From: Paraspadella gotoi
Taxonomy: Eukaryota; Animalia; Chaetognatha
Direction: 5' to 3'
Length of the DNA: 64,000 bases
NCBI GenBank assembly: GCA_051294375.1
Contig: CM119263.1
Span: 28,433,280 to 28,497,279 of the forward strand
The notes beneath the pieces are model-generated. The model saw only the letters and a list, made by a program, of their open reading frames with translations. It made no database searches and was not told the origin of the DNA. Both the position numbers and the translations under genes were made by a program. Of the stretch, positions 51,421 to 64,000 are shown one piece after another (position 1 is the first letter of the stretch; each line of letters starts with the position of its first letter).

Positions 51421-53009
51421 CTAAGTAGTTCTACTAATTCGAACGGTCCTCGACCAACAGTGACAACAACAACGACAGCTGCCGTTCTTCAAAGCGGAAG
51501 CGGCGATCGAATCGCGAAGGGCGTGTCCCTTGGATTCGCGGGTCGCCGACTATGCAGATGAAGGGGAGTTGATACTCCGTGACATCTGTGATGGCGGCAG
51601 CAGCGTCAGCAGGAGCGGAGGCGGCGGCGACCGCGGCGGAAGAAGCGTCAAAGGGCGATGAGGCCTCGAGCGGCCGCTCATTGCAAAGTCACGCCCTTGA
51701 CTCGCGTCTCGCGCGTTAACATCAATCGATGCAACATCGGACACAATCTAATCTCTATCAATCTTTCTCTCTGCTCTCTATCTTCTTCTCTCTTCTCTTC
51801 TCGTCCTTCTCTCTCTCTCATCTCGTCTCTCTCTCTCGTCTCTCTCGTCTCTCTCTCACTCTTCTCGGCCTTCTCTCTCTCTGCTTCTCACTACCTCCGA
51901 GCCATCTCTCTCATTCTCCTTTCTCTCTCTCCCTCACCCACTTACAGGTTCCCTCGACCGAACGAAACGGCCTTCGCGTTGTCACGCGAATTCGTGTGAC
52001 CCGGTTGCCATAGCGACAGTTTTTCCTCTCTACCGCGCGACGCGGCCGCCGAGAATCGTAAAACTCTCTCTCCCGCGCCCGAATTGGGTGGCGTACGTGC
52101 GACGGGCCCAAGTTGCGCGTGCAGAGTTTATCGCTCTGAACGTGCGAAGTACACGTACGTCCGGGTCGGTACCGGAAAAATGTTAAAATTAACGCTTAGT
52201 TTTGTAAATTTATGTTTGCCCTTTGCTCTTTTTATTATTTTCTCCTATATACAGTTTGTACTAATAATTTACTACTGTATGCAAATTAGATTAATGAATT
52301 CAATATAAATAGTAATATTTACGAATCCATCTAATAAAATAGTAGTACGAGACTGTAGGAAAGTAGGAAATATTGGTTGGGACTGAAAAGATGAGTTCTG
52401 TAATGGCCATAACATTCAATGGGAGGGCGATTAGAAAGTGGGTTAACGGAGCGGAGACTGTCCTTACCTTGTCCTTACAGCGTCGGGATCAGTCGAGCAG
52501 GAGGAGGAAGAGTCGTGGGGAAAAAAGGTAAGTTAATCAGGGAAGTCATGGTCTCTTTGCTTCGGAAAAGGATTACTTAAAATAATTTTTCTTTTTATTA
52601 AATATTTTTCTTAAACATAACAAAAATAGTGATGCAATGATTACTACTTACAGTCAGTAATCCTACCATGAACTGGATAGTTTTTTTCTTTTTAATAATT
52701 TCATACACTAAATTCTTTACTCTATTTTATCGTTCTCGAGATGAGAGTTTCTCCGTCGGCAATAAATTTGTGGGAGCGGTTCCAACCTTTAAGTTTTACT
52801 GCTTCCGATTCAACCTTTCAAGTCCGAAGCCTTTTTTGCTTTCATTCTAAATATTGAAAGGAAAAAAAAGAGGAAAAAAAAGGGAAAAAAGAAAAATGAA
52901 AGTTGAACCCGAGAAACTTTTAACAAAATTGAGAGCTTTAAAAAAAGACCCTTTTTTTTCTTTTCACGATTTACTCGCTTAAATCTCCTTTCCTTCCTCC
53001 CAAAAGAGA

Positions 53010-56000
53010 GAGATGAATTTTTCAAGAATGAGATCGAGAGGAAAGCCTCGGTGGCCAAGTTGGAAAGTGTGGATCACCTAATATTGGGTAAGGGTTGAAG
53101 GCGACGGTTTGGGTTAACTCGTTGTCGGGGTTCCAGCGAATTTCCGTAACCTGGGAACAGAAGAAATATCCTTATTTTAATTTATAGTTCATTAAGCGTA
53201 AAAAATAAATCAAGTCTTTTTGTTAAAGCGCTGGGGAATTTTCTCGCTAAGGCGATTATTCGATCATTTTAAGTCATTGATTTTTTTGGTTATGAAATTA
53301 GTTGTTTCTCTAATATGAAAATTTGTGAACAAATCCGTTTACTAAGATGGCATTTAACGTATTCCTTCGAGTTTAAACTCTTGAACGCCTAAAATTAAGT
53401 GATTATCATAATTGACTCTACTTCCAGGATCCCTTAACGGTAAAGTCCAATACCTGAGCGTAAGGGTCGGGCGTCGCCCCGTCCATCCAAACTTCAAAAA
53501 CGCCGTGTCCTCGTCGAAATCCGCAAATGAATTTTGCTGCACACGACAGATCGGCGACAAGAAAGCCACGTTTTTTGCCGTCCAAAGTTTCAGGGAAGAA
53601 AATGTCGATGAGATGTGCCGGCCAATTTGAGATCTGGGTTGAGTTCGGAGAGAAAGATTATGTTGTCTCCTCTAGGGTCGAGTCGAAGAGAGTCCTTTTA
53701 AAATATTAAGTATATAAATGAAATAAGTAAACGGATAAAAATTTGAAAAATAAAATTTACGGAAACCTAGATAGAATTTAAACTAACCGTCAAGATAAAA
53801 AAAAAACACGAAAAGAGAACAAAAAGATACTGACGCGAGAGACAAAAAACAGACACATTGACTATTGAAGGACAGATAGAAAGACAGAAAGAAGATAGGA
53901 CAACAATACATTCAGATGTTTAAAATTAACGAAAATGACAAAACTTCTGGTTCTATAATTATTCGATAAAGTTTATAGCAAACAATCGCGAGAGATAATT
54001 TTAACAAAGATAATGAAGCACGCTTCACTTGTGGCGCTCCCTTTGTCGCCGACGACGACGACGCACCAATCGGTGGCGTAAAGAAATCTTCCTCACTGAT
54101 TCTTCGCTAGATGGCGAGAATATCGTAGTCCACCATCCGCGCCAGTTTCGAACCGCAAGAGTCAAATCTATTGTAAAAGAATCTGAATTGGGAATATATA
54201 GTTAAAATACAATATATATGAATATAAGGGAATAAAATGAAATGCATAACAATAAATACAACATATGAAATATATTAAGATGTGAAATGAATGAATAAAT
54301 TTAAATGCCAAAATGATAACAGAATAACTCATTAAGCAGTAAAATAGAAATTGTCAACTGTGATTAAAATACTGATGAGGTCCATGATAGACATTAACCA
54401 ATCGAAGAAATGATATTATAACATAAATGATAAAATAAATAATATATAAATAATACATAAATAGACTATAAAGAGACTAAAATAAACTGGCAACAGACAA
54501 GAAAATGTAACATACCATGAACATTTTTTTTCTCAACTCACTTCCAGTTTTGACCCCCTCATCTTCAATCGCAGTTTCTTTGCCGAGAATATCCGGTCCA
54601 GTATCGTCCGTCTATTTCCGGATATCCCGAATTTTGTTAACCGGTAAAAAGATTTCCGGTCGTTGCCGAGCCAACGGCTTTTGCGATCAGTCCCCGTCGG
54701 CTGTTTAATATTCAAATTATTTGCATGCTCTCTCTCTATTTTCCTCTTCATTGGACATACTGTCTAACCACCTCTCTTGACCACCCTTCACCATAATTGC
54801 GCAGGTCATGAAATAACGAGACCAAAATAAAGACTAAAAATTAATTTTAATTTCCTCCATTTTCTTTTTCGTCGAAGTTTAAACTGATATGAAAAGTGGG
54901 ACATTTAAAAAAAAGTTATTCTCGTTTCAGGAAACAGACAAAATAACTAATTGATGTTCATTGAGTGAGATGTGACTTAAAAGCGAAAAGCTTCGAGTTA
55001 TGACGGAGAAAAATTGGGTCAATGTATGAAATGATTAACTGAATAAAATCTATTGGCGAGTGGTTGAATACAGACTGTGAATTTGTAAAAAGCGAAACCG
55101 AAACAACAGCTCTATAACCGTCAATGTATTGATACACATGAGATTGGCTTGTCAAAAAAATTTAAATTAAAACGTAAATTAAAATTAAATTAGGAATTTT
55201 CGACTGACAATCTAACTTATAGACGAGAAAGTTTTTGAGAGAGAATCCGTTAAAAAGGAAATGACTGTTGATTTGAAAAAAAAATATAATTTTCTTTATT
55301 TTTTATAATATACTATATAGAATTAATAATAATTCTGTCTGTCTCTTTCTTTTTTTTATATAGGAATCAAAAAAGTCCCTGCAGAGTCCATTTTAGAATA
55401 GTAAGTTTGCGAAACACCTCAGTCGATTGCGCCTGCGCCATGATGGCATTAACGACGCAATGTAACGGCATCGATCCCAATTTTTATTAGCAATTCTCAA
55501 AGGTCGACTTCCTTACGTTTACAAAAGAATTTCACACGGATTCGTGCACAGCGATACGAGGCGAACTCGGTGGAATTTCTGTGAGAGTAAAAAACGGACG
55601 TTTGGTTGTTCTGGTTGTGAATAAATATTAACTAAACGTCTGCTTCTGTCTTTGCGTCAGTAGAATCGAACGGTGATCAGTGAACCTCGTTCACCCTCTA
55701 CGACGTCAACCCGTGAATATCGATTTGCTCACCAGAATGAGAACCACAAATACTAAAACGATTTCACGACTTTCGGCTCGGGCTTCGCATCGTCGTCGTC
55801 GTCGTCGATCGTCGTCGTCGTAAGTTTCTTGTTTTTCTTTTAACGAGCTAGTTGTCGTTGTCTGTTGTTATCTTTCTCCCGGTCGTTCTATTTATACTAA
55901 TAGGGTTAAGTTCCCTCATTTGTCATTGTTATCTTCATCTTGTTTGAATGTCTAGTGAATTTTGTTGTCGTCGTTATATCTTCTTTTCTCGTTTTGTCGT

Positions 56001-58510
56001 TGTTGTAGTAGTAAAACGTCGTCGTTGTTGGTGTCGTCGTACGTCGTTGGCAAAGCTTCGTCGAACTCGCAATCGTGGTTTGCAAGATAATTAGGAAGGA
56101 ACGAGTTAAGGGGCAGATGGAAAATGGAGCAACGGAAAGAAAATGGAGACAGAAAAAAAGATAGAAATATTGAAAAATAGAAAGAAAGAAGAAAGAAAGA
56201 AGAGAAAGAAGAAAGAAGAAAGAAAGAAGAGAGAAAGTAAGAAGAAGAAAAAGAAAGAAAGAAAGAAAGAAAGAAAAGAAGAAAGAAAGAAGAAAGAAGA
56301 TAAAAATATTAAAGAAGGAGAGGGTAAAGAAAAAAAAGAAGAAAGAAAGAAAAAAAGGAAAGATAGAAATACTAAAGCAAGGAGTAGGGTAAAGAAAGAA
56401 GAAAGAAAAAGAAAGAAGAAAGAAAGAAAGAAAGAAGAAGAAAGAAAGAAAGAAGAAAGAGAAAAGAAGAAAGAAAGAAAGAAAAGAAAAGTCACAACCA
56501 AGAAGTAGTCGCAAAAACCCTCATCCGCGGATTGCCGGTGTTGAATTATTAACTAGGAAAAAGTTAACAATTTTCTCCGCCGGAAATGGAATTCCGGAAA
56601 AGATGAACGGGCCGGAAAAAAAATAGAGAAGGAAAAAGAATAAGGAGAGAGAGGAAAAAGAGGGGAAGGGATGAGATGAAAAAAGGAAAGATGAAAAGAA
56701 TAGAGAAAAAAGACGAAGATTCAGAAGATAAATGAGCAAATGAATGAAGGAGCGAAAAAAAAACAAGGAAGCCGAAAAAATGACGGAAAAAATATAAAAA
56801 AAAAACAACAGGGAAAAAACACATGATTTTTTTTGTTTGTTTTTTTGTTTTTTCGGTTTTAGTTGCGAAGCGATTATTCGACGGGGCGACTCCATGGTAA
56901 ATAATTTTTTTTGGGTCAGTTTGTTGACTGTTCGTTTACCTATTTGCGTTATACATCATCATACTTTGTAATACTGTGGATATTGAATTAAGGCGCTAAG
57001 TTGCTAAGATGACTATCTGTTAACTTTCATAACCCCTTCTAGCAGCCATAGAACGGTTCCTGTGCTTGGAACCAGGCCCTTGAGGGTTTGCCACACCCCC
57101 AGGCGGCTTACGGCCCGTCCTCAAACGCTTTGCCCGCAGGTTGGTAACCGGGTTTTCAAGAAAGGCTTTTTGTATTTTGTTATTCTTTTGACCGTAGATT
57201 AATACATCAAGTGTTAAAAAAGAAAACAGATACGCCTTAGTTTTAGTTAATAAATAGTTCTTGAAATAAATGCAAATAAGTATAATCATAAGATGCTAAT
57301 GTGCACGTTTACTAACACTACGTAGTCACGTGATCAATCTTCAAACGTTAAGCAATTTCCCGGTTCTTGTTTCCCCTTTTTTGGTCAGTTCCTTTTTCCT
57401 TTCTATTTTTCCCCTTTTTTTTGGTCAGTCTCCTTTTTCCTTTCTATTTTTTCCCCTTTTTTTGGTCATTCTTTTTCCTTTCTATTTTTTCCCCTTTTTT
57501 TTTGGTCAGTTCCTTTTTCCTTTTCTATTTTTTCTCCTTTTTTTTGGTCAGTTTCCTTTCTCCTTTCTCATTTCCTCCTTTTCCTTTTTTTCTTTTCAAC
57601 CCCAAACAATCCACCTCGAATCTCCCTTTTCGCCAAATTCGTTTTGTCTCCCTCGGGCGACGCGTCGTTCAAACGCGTGGAAAAGGAATGAAGACGAACG
57701 ACGATAAAACGGAACGAAAAAAACAACAACAAACAACCAACAACGACGAAGACGACGACGACAGGGAGGAAAACAACTACAACAACGAACGCAAACACCT
57801 TAACAAAGACAACATCTCCAGACAAATTAAAAGAAAGTATCATTACAACCACACACAACACCAAATCAGCAAAATCCACAACAAAAATACGGACGACGCA
57901 AAACAACGACGACAACACACAAACCGACGGACAAATATCGACAAAAAACACAGGCTAAAAAAAAAGCTCAAATATGTTTCCCTTCTTCCTCCAGGAGTAA
58001 CAACGCACGTGGGTTCCCTCTGTCCCGAATGTCTCAAATTTTTCGACCCTTGCATCGAGCGGGCAACAAGAGCTTCAATCCGCGTTGCCGCTGCCAGCTG
58101 CCCTAACCACCCCAGCTGCCCCGCCGCCCACTTCCCTCCGTCAACGCCTTTTCATTTTCCCTCCTTTGACGTCCGCCTTCGCCCATGTGGTCGCTAAACG
58201 CTGGACCCCGTCCTCCTTTGCCTCAATATTCTCCTCAACTGGACGAGGTTGCGTCTTTTTCTTATCTTTAACGGTCCCCGGTTCGCGTCCCGTTCGCCAA
58301 AATAACGCGGGCTCGGCGGATATATAAGCCCGTCCGCGGGCGCTTATAGTGCGAGCTATGGTCGCTAGGATGGTGTTGTCACGGGAACTGCTCACGCGCC
58401 GTGCCGACGGCACGCCACGGTCTCGCCACGGACGCGAGGAAGGCGCCGCATCATCGCCCGTATCCGGACTTTTTTTTCCTTTTTTGCTCTGAAGCTCCTG
58501 AACAAGATCT
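53010..58510. repeat. Noisy direct duplicate of ~44900-50231, including the 5' exons of the STELLO-like gene with many frameshifts
   Basis: Collinear match (e.g. 45321-45350 versus 53451-53485; 46401-46500 versus 54571-54670; 50205-50230 versus 58480-58505). Differences are mostly 1-bp indels; the copy ends ~160 bp before the 25-N gap at 58672. Confidence 0.9.
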
Positions 58511-58520
58511 ATATCGGGAG

Positions 58521-58584
<64 letters not shown>

Positions 58585-59699
58585 TGAGAGAGGAGAGAGA
58601 GAGAGAAAAGCCAGCGATCCAACAGTAATGGCGTGGTATAAATAGAGGAAGCGAGACGAAGAGAGGAGAAANNNNNNNNNNNNNNNNNNNNNNNNNGCGG
58701 AGTGGAAGGGGCAAGGGGATGAGGGGACCTGAAGCGTCGTTGGCTTGACAACGGAGTTCGTTTGCTTTAATGAATAAGTAAAAAATAATAATATCTGTTA
58801 TTTATCGTTATTTAGGCAATTTAATTTAAAAAATTATCAACATCATTTTACAATGTTTTCGCTAATTGTATAACAACCTGTATAACAAAATTACAATGTC
58901 GATTAAAGAAACTGTAATATTAACTTTCGCAAAATCGGCGACGATTATGAGGACGACGAAGATGATTTCGATGACAACGTATACGACGACGACAATGACG
59001 ACGACGAAAACGATGATGGTGACGAAGACGACGACGACGAAAACATCGACGACGACAACGATGACGACGACAACGACGNNNNNNNNNNNNNNNNNNNNNN
59101 NNNNNNNNNNNNNNNNNNNNNNNNNNNNNNNNNNNNNNNNNNNNNNNNNNNNNNNNNNNNNNNNNNNNNNNNNNNNNNNNNNNNNNNNNNNNNNNNNNNN
59201 NNNNNNNNNNNNNNNNNNNNNNNNNNNNNNNNNNNNNNNNNNNNNNNNNNNNNNNNNNNNNNNNNNCAACGACAACGATGACGACGACAACGACGACGAC
59301 GAGACGATGGTGACGAAGACGACGACAGCGACGACGGAAAATTGGAGGAGAATTGAAAAGGAGGAAAAGAAGTGGAAACCGATGGAGGAAATTGGCGGAG
59401 GATATGTTAACCATTACGATGACGACGATGACGACGACGACGATGACGACCATTACTATGACGACGACCATTACGAGATACGCATCGATGAACTTGTGGT
59501 GGGGAGGCGGGCGTGAGGAGGGAAGTAAATAACGGAGGGACGTCATTCTACTAACATACATGTAGTATTATTAGATATGTTTCTCTAGCAAAATTGAAAT
59601 TTTAATAAACCATTATGTAGTATTTCAAATACGTCTCCTTGTAGCATTTAGTTTTGTAAAAAAAAAAACCTCAAAATTCTATACATTTTTAAATTCAAT

Positions 59700-61260
59700 T
59701 TAAATTGGAGTAAACAATCGCTCTCAACCCCGACGTGCAGAAATCTAATTCTTTCCAAGACCCTGTGTGAACAACAACAACAACAACAACAACAACCGAA
59801 TTCCTTTTCACTTTCAACCAAAAAGCGGAAAATTGAAAAAATCTTCTCCTTCACGATTTCGAAAGGAGAACGCCGCGTTGATCCGGCGTCGCGCGGCGTC
59901 GTCAACGCCCACTTCCGGTTCGCGTCTCGATCGAGTCGGTAACCATGGGAACGAGACGATTAGAGACGTTGATGTTTTGTGAATCAATCAATGGAGCGAA
60001 TCATCACTCAAACAGATTATGAGTCAATCGATGAAACTTCATCAATTATTCAATCAATACAACAATTAGAAAATTAATCAATCAATCAATCAACTAATTA
60101 AACTTTTTATCAATCAAACACTATCAATGATTTTATTAAACTATACAACAGGAAGTGAGATATATTCCCCCTGGACATTTATTAAGGGGTAAAAAGCTGC
60201 TGACGACGGAAATTTGCTGCGGCGCGGCGTCTGTGGGTAAGATGCTGCTTCCCTGCGGCTGCGGTTCGTAAGTGATTCTTCCGCTGCCAAATTCTTGGAA
60301 TCGACTTTCGTCAGCGAATCTACAAAAATCCCCGGACGGGAATTTGTATCGAGAGAGAGAGNNNNNNNNNNNNNNNNNNNNNNNNNAGTATTTCAAATTC
60401 GTCTCCTATGTGCATTTAGTTTATATATTTTTCCTTTGTTGTAAAAACAAAACCCTCCGAAATTCTAGACATTTTTAAATTTCAATTTTAAGACTTGTGG
60501 AGGTAAAACAATCGCGTGTCTCTAACCGACGTGCTAGGGATAATGTTAATTCTATTACCGTCTTATAGGTTGCACTAACTACAAACAACAACATTCATAA
60601 ACAACAAACAACAACAATCTCAACACAACCCCGAATTCCTCCTTTCACTTGTCACCCAAAAAGCGAAATGTGAACAAAAAATCTTCTCCTTCGCGATTTC
60701 GACAGTGGAACGCGCGCTTGATCCGGCCGTCCGCGCGGCATCGTCAACGCCACTTCCGGTTCGACAATAGACGTCTCGATTTCGATGCCCTGGTAACCAC
60801 TTGGTGATACGAGTTCTCGATTAGAGACTTATAGATGGTTTTGTGAATCAATCAATGAGCGAACATCACTCAAACAATTATGAGTCATCGATGAAACTTC
60901 AATAATTAATCAATCAATACAATATTAGAATTATCAAATCATCAATCAGACTAAATTCAATATTTTATCAATCAAAACACTATCATATGAATTTTTATTA
61001 AACTATACAACAGGTGTGTCAGATATATTTCCCCTCTGGAATTTCTCTTAAGGTGCGGTAAAAGCTGCTGACGATTTCGGAAATTTAGCTGCTTAATGTA
61101 CATTGCGCGGCGTCTGTGTCCGTAAGAGCGCTTTCCCTGCGGGCTGCGGTTCAACGTAAGTCGATTCTTCCCCGCTGAACCACATTTCTTGGAATCGACT
61201 TTCGTCATCGGTAGTCTACAAAAATCCCCGACGGGAATTTGCTATCGAGAGAGAGACGAA
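59700..61260. repeat. Tandem duplication across a 25-N gap (59700-60361 clean; 60387-~61260 noisy and longer)
   Basis: E.g. AAAAAATCTTCTCCTTC.CGATTTCGA at ~59837 and ~60677; CTATACAACAGG at 60141 and ~61002. Confidence 0.9.
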
Positions 61261-61850
61261 AGAGAGAGAAGAGTAGAGAGAGATGTGTGAGAGAGGAGGA
61301 ATGAGGGAGAGAGAGATGATAAAGAGAGAGAGAGAGAGAGAGAATAAGTGCACCCTTCAGCCTTCAGGTCTTCGATGGTGCGACCCAACCCATAGGTTTC
61401 GCTCAACGGCCTTTTTTTGGGAAATCCTTCTCAGGTTCAAGAGTATTTTCAATGAAGTTTTTTTTTTTTGTCTTTCTTTCCGTAAATCTCTTGTCGTATT
61501 CTCTTAGTTTTACATTTTTTTTCTCTTTTTTTTTATATTTAAATGTTCTAATCATCCCTCACGTGACCCAATACTCTATCCTTCCAACTAATTTTAATAT
61601 CGCCATCGCTGCTCTATTTACCGCCTCCTTCTTTTCTTTCTTTCTTTTCTCTTTTCTAATTTCCATCTCTAGCTCTCTTACTCCATCACTCTCTCCTCCT
61701 CTCTCCGTTCCTCCATCTTTCTTTCCCCCCACTTTCTCTCTCTATCTCCCTCTCTTACTCCTTCTCTCCTCTCTTTCCCTCTATTCTTTCTCCCCCGCCT
61801 CCAAAAGCGAATTCACATTAAGGACCATTAGAATGAGGATTGGTTCCTGG

Positions 61851-61928
<78 letters not shown>

Positions 61929-62831
61929 GGAGAGACCTTCCGCGTCCTTGGCGTCCTCTTCGCCTGCGCCCTCTAAGAAGCGATCCTTGTCCTTTCTGGA
62001 GGTCTCTCTTTCTTTCTCTTTCTCTCTCTCTTTCACTCTGTCTCTCTCTTTCTTTCTTTCTCTTTCTCTCTTTCTTTTTCTCTCCATCCCTTCCCATCTT
62101 CTTTATTTCCAATTAAATTAATTAAAAATTAAAAATTACCTTTTTTCTATCTTCTTCTCATTCTCTAAATAAAAACTTTTTGTCATGCATAATAATACAT
62201 ACTTAAATCTCATTTGCATATAGTAGTAGTTACTATAAAACTTATACTACAACCTTTACCGGTACTCCTTCGCAGCCAACCAAATAAAAAAGAGAAAAAT
62301 TTGATGATTAGATTTAAAGGAATTAAAAAGTCAGTCGAAGTATTCGTGTTTTTATCTCCAAAAGATAATTTTTTGTTATTCTTGCGGAATCAAAAGGCAA
62401 GATTCAGTATGGATGAATATTTAAAAAAGAATTGAAGTCGCTCATGAAAAATCCCAATTCCCAAATATTTTTTACACGTTGTGTTACATTATTTTCTTTT
62501 CAGTTAGTTGCAAGTCAGTATAATGACTAAAAAGTTGCCTTAACGATTACTAATGTCTCTCTCTTCTCCCCTGCCATCAGGTTAGGCATTTAGTTACTTA
62601 AAAAAACCTGTCGACCGTTTTGCAGAATGTCATTGGCACCTCGATCCAGTGGTTTTGGCCTTCCGTGACGCCCGGGGTGGTACTATCCATTGTCTTTGGG
62701 GTGTCCCTGCATCCAATTTCTTACGGTGATTTGAGTACTACATGGCTCACTCGGTCAAGGCGTTTTATGGTCCGAATCGATTTGATAACCTTTGCTGCCA
62801 CGTCCGGCTGCACAGGGTCGAGAGAGTAGAA
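60136..62831 (-). CDS. Tentative last two exons of an unassigned gene ending in a CaaX-like CCIV
   Basis: Exon 62831-62608 (FYSLDPVQPDVAAKVIKSIRTIKRLDRVSHVVLKSP*EIGCRD...HWIEVPMTFCKTVDR, one in-frame TAA) has a phase-2 donor compatible with exon ~60321-60136 (FADESRFQEFGSGRITYEP...GIYLTSCCIV*), which has AATAAA overlapping the stop. Confidence 0.25.
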
Positions 62832-64000
62832 CTATGCTTTTCCTTTAATGAGTTTGTATATGTTTGTTTGTTGTATTTTTTCATATCATATTTCACAGTG
62901 TATCGGAACGAAAGCGCGTGTTTGGGTCGAGCTTGTGGTAAATCGTTGTGATCACCACATTGATTTGACCAGTCATTACCCTTTGGAATATTATATTTAC
63001 GCTTCAGTTGATTGCTTTTTGGATAAAAATAGGTAATTCAGAAAAGAAAATGAAATTTTTTCTTTTTTGCAATAAATTATATTAAAAACCGTTAAATTAA
63101 GCAGTGCTCTCACTATCCCGGGCATTATCCCAGAAAAATTTTCTTATGTCATAATCTTACTTTTTAATTCTTTAAAACTAATATTAATTGTAATAAGTTA
63201 ATTTATACACTAATATTATTTTATGCTGTATTTGATAGATATTAATAATAACTTAATATATAATAGTAACAGTTAACATCTATTTGATTTGAGCTGGATA
63301 GACTCTATCGTACGAGACATGTTGCGGTTGCTTTTTTTTTTCTACTTAGAGAGAGACAGTTGAGTGCTATATTAATGAAAAAAAAATTTAACATATTAAA
63401 TGAAAGAGATAAACGTAGGAGCAATTATTAACCATTTAAAACTATTTCTCTTTTTTTCAGAACGTTAAGTAAATCAATACTAATATTTTTTTAAAAATTG
63501 TCAAACCATTGCGACTGATGAAGGTTTGGAAAGAACAAACACCGAAACACGATAACTTCGCGAAATTTATTTAAATGTAATAAATCAAATGTGTAAGTAA
63601 CACACACAAATTTAGATACTCTTTTTTTACTGATTCGGATTTTTTTTTTATTATTTACTTTTATTTTATTTATTATTTATTTTTTTTTTTTATGATTTTA
63701 TTTATCCGATATTCTTATAAACGTATTGAGTTTATTTTTTAATCTTTCTTAATTCTCTTAATTTTTTCTAATTCTTATCTCTTTTTCTTTAGTATCTCTC
63801 TGAAATTTTTTCTTTAACTTTAATTCCTAACTTACTCGTAACCTTTATTTACCTCTTTCGTGATCTGCTTACTTCTAACCTAATTACCAACCCTAATTTC
63901 ACTCTTTTGAGAGACCATTTACTTTTTTACTTAACACATATTCTTAATTTATTTTAACCATAATTTATTAATAACATTTTTCACAATTATAATACTTTAG

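Larger units (their letters stand above)
6196..60386. other. Assembly gaps: five of exactly 25 N (6196-6220, 11444-11468, 35455-35479, 58672-58696, 60362-60386) plus eight longer gaps
   Basis: Counted directly from the sequence. Confidence 0.95.
1..64000. repeat. Pervasive microsatellites and low-complexity tracts
   Basis: (GA)n at 13022, 25245, 30570-30917, 61855 and many others; (AAAG)n at 18158, 50706; (CAAT)n at ~29000; (TTAATC)n at ~27560-27690; (AAAATAG)n at ~37555-37619; (GAC)n and (CAA)n throughout. Confidence 0.95.

Noticed and set aside
53010-54800. Functional second STELLO-like paralogue
   Set aside because: Frameshifts in every exon, 3' exons absent, and the error profile of a raw long read.
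58866-59516. Thr-rich mucin-like or Asp-rich acidic protein
   Set aside because: Derived from (GAC/ACG)n repeats around an N gap; open in several frames; no splice or start support.
62727-62729. Selenocysteine TGA within a long plus-strand frame
   Set aside because: No selenoprotein-like context, no SECIS identified, and competing open frames exist on both strands.

Overview
Eukaryotic, probably invertebrate-animal DNA: GT-AG introns, AT-rich intergenic sequence, GC-rich exons, very dense (GA)n/(GAC)n/(AAAG)n microsatellites. Species cannot be assigned. The assembly is gappy and appears patched with noisy long reads. Genes reconstructed by hand, all on the minus strand: (1) a complete 7-exon guanine deaminase (26182-29124, 456 aa); (2) two tandem 4-exon paralogues (19087-20861, 21234-23776) encoding small single-pass membrane proteins with a signal peptide, a tiny Cys-free Tyr/Trp-rich ectodomain and a long cytoplasmic tail, carrying PPxY motifs in one copy; (3) a ~900-aa protein (42427-46645) joining a STELLO/DUF288-like domain to a second, GT-B-like domain encoded by one 1.5-kb exon. 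Also present: a degraded DIRS-like retroelement (~2.1-5.2 kb), a tRNA-SINE-like family, and several minisatellites, one of which is palindromic and reads as seven CxxCH motifs. Three large duplications (one ~7.6-kb palindrome, two tandem) each have one indel-riddled copy lying at or near an exactly 25-N gap and are most likely assembly artefacts. No CRISPR, rRNA or convincing tRNA gene. The best candidates for new biology are the two-domain glycosyltransferase and the micro-ectodomain membrane protein pair.
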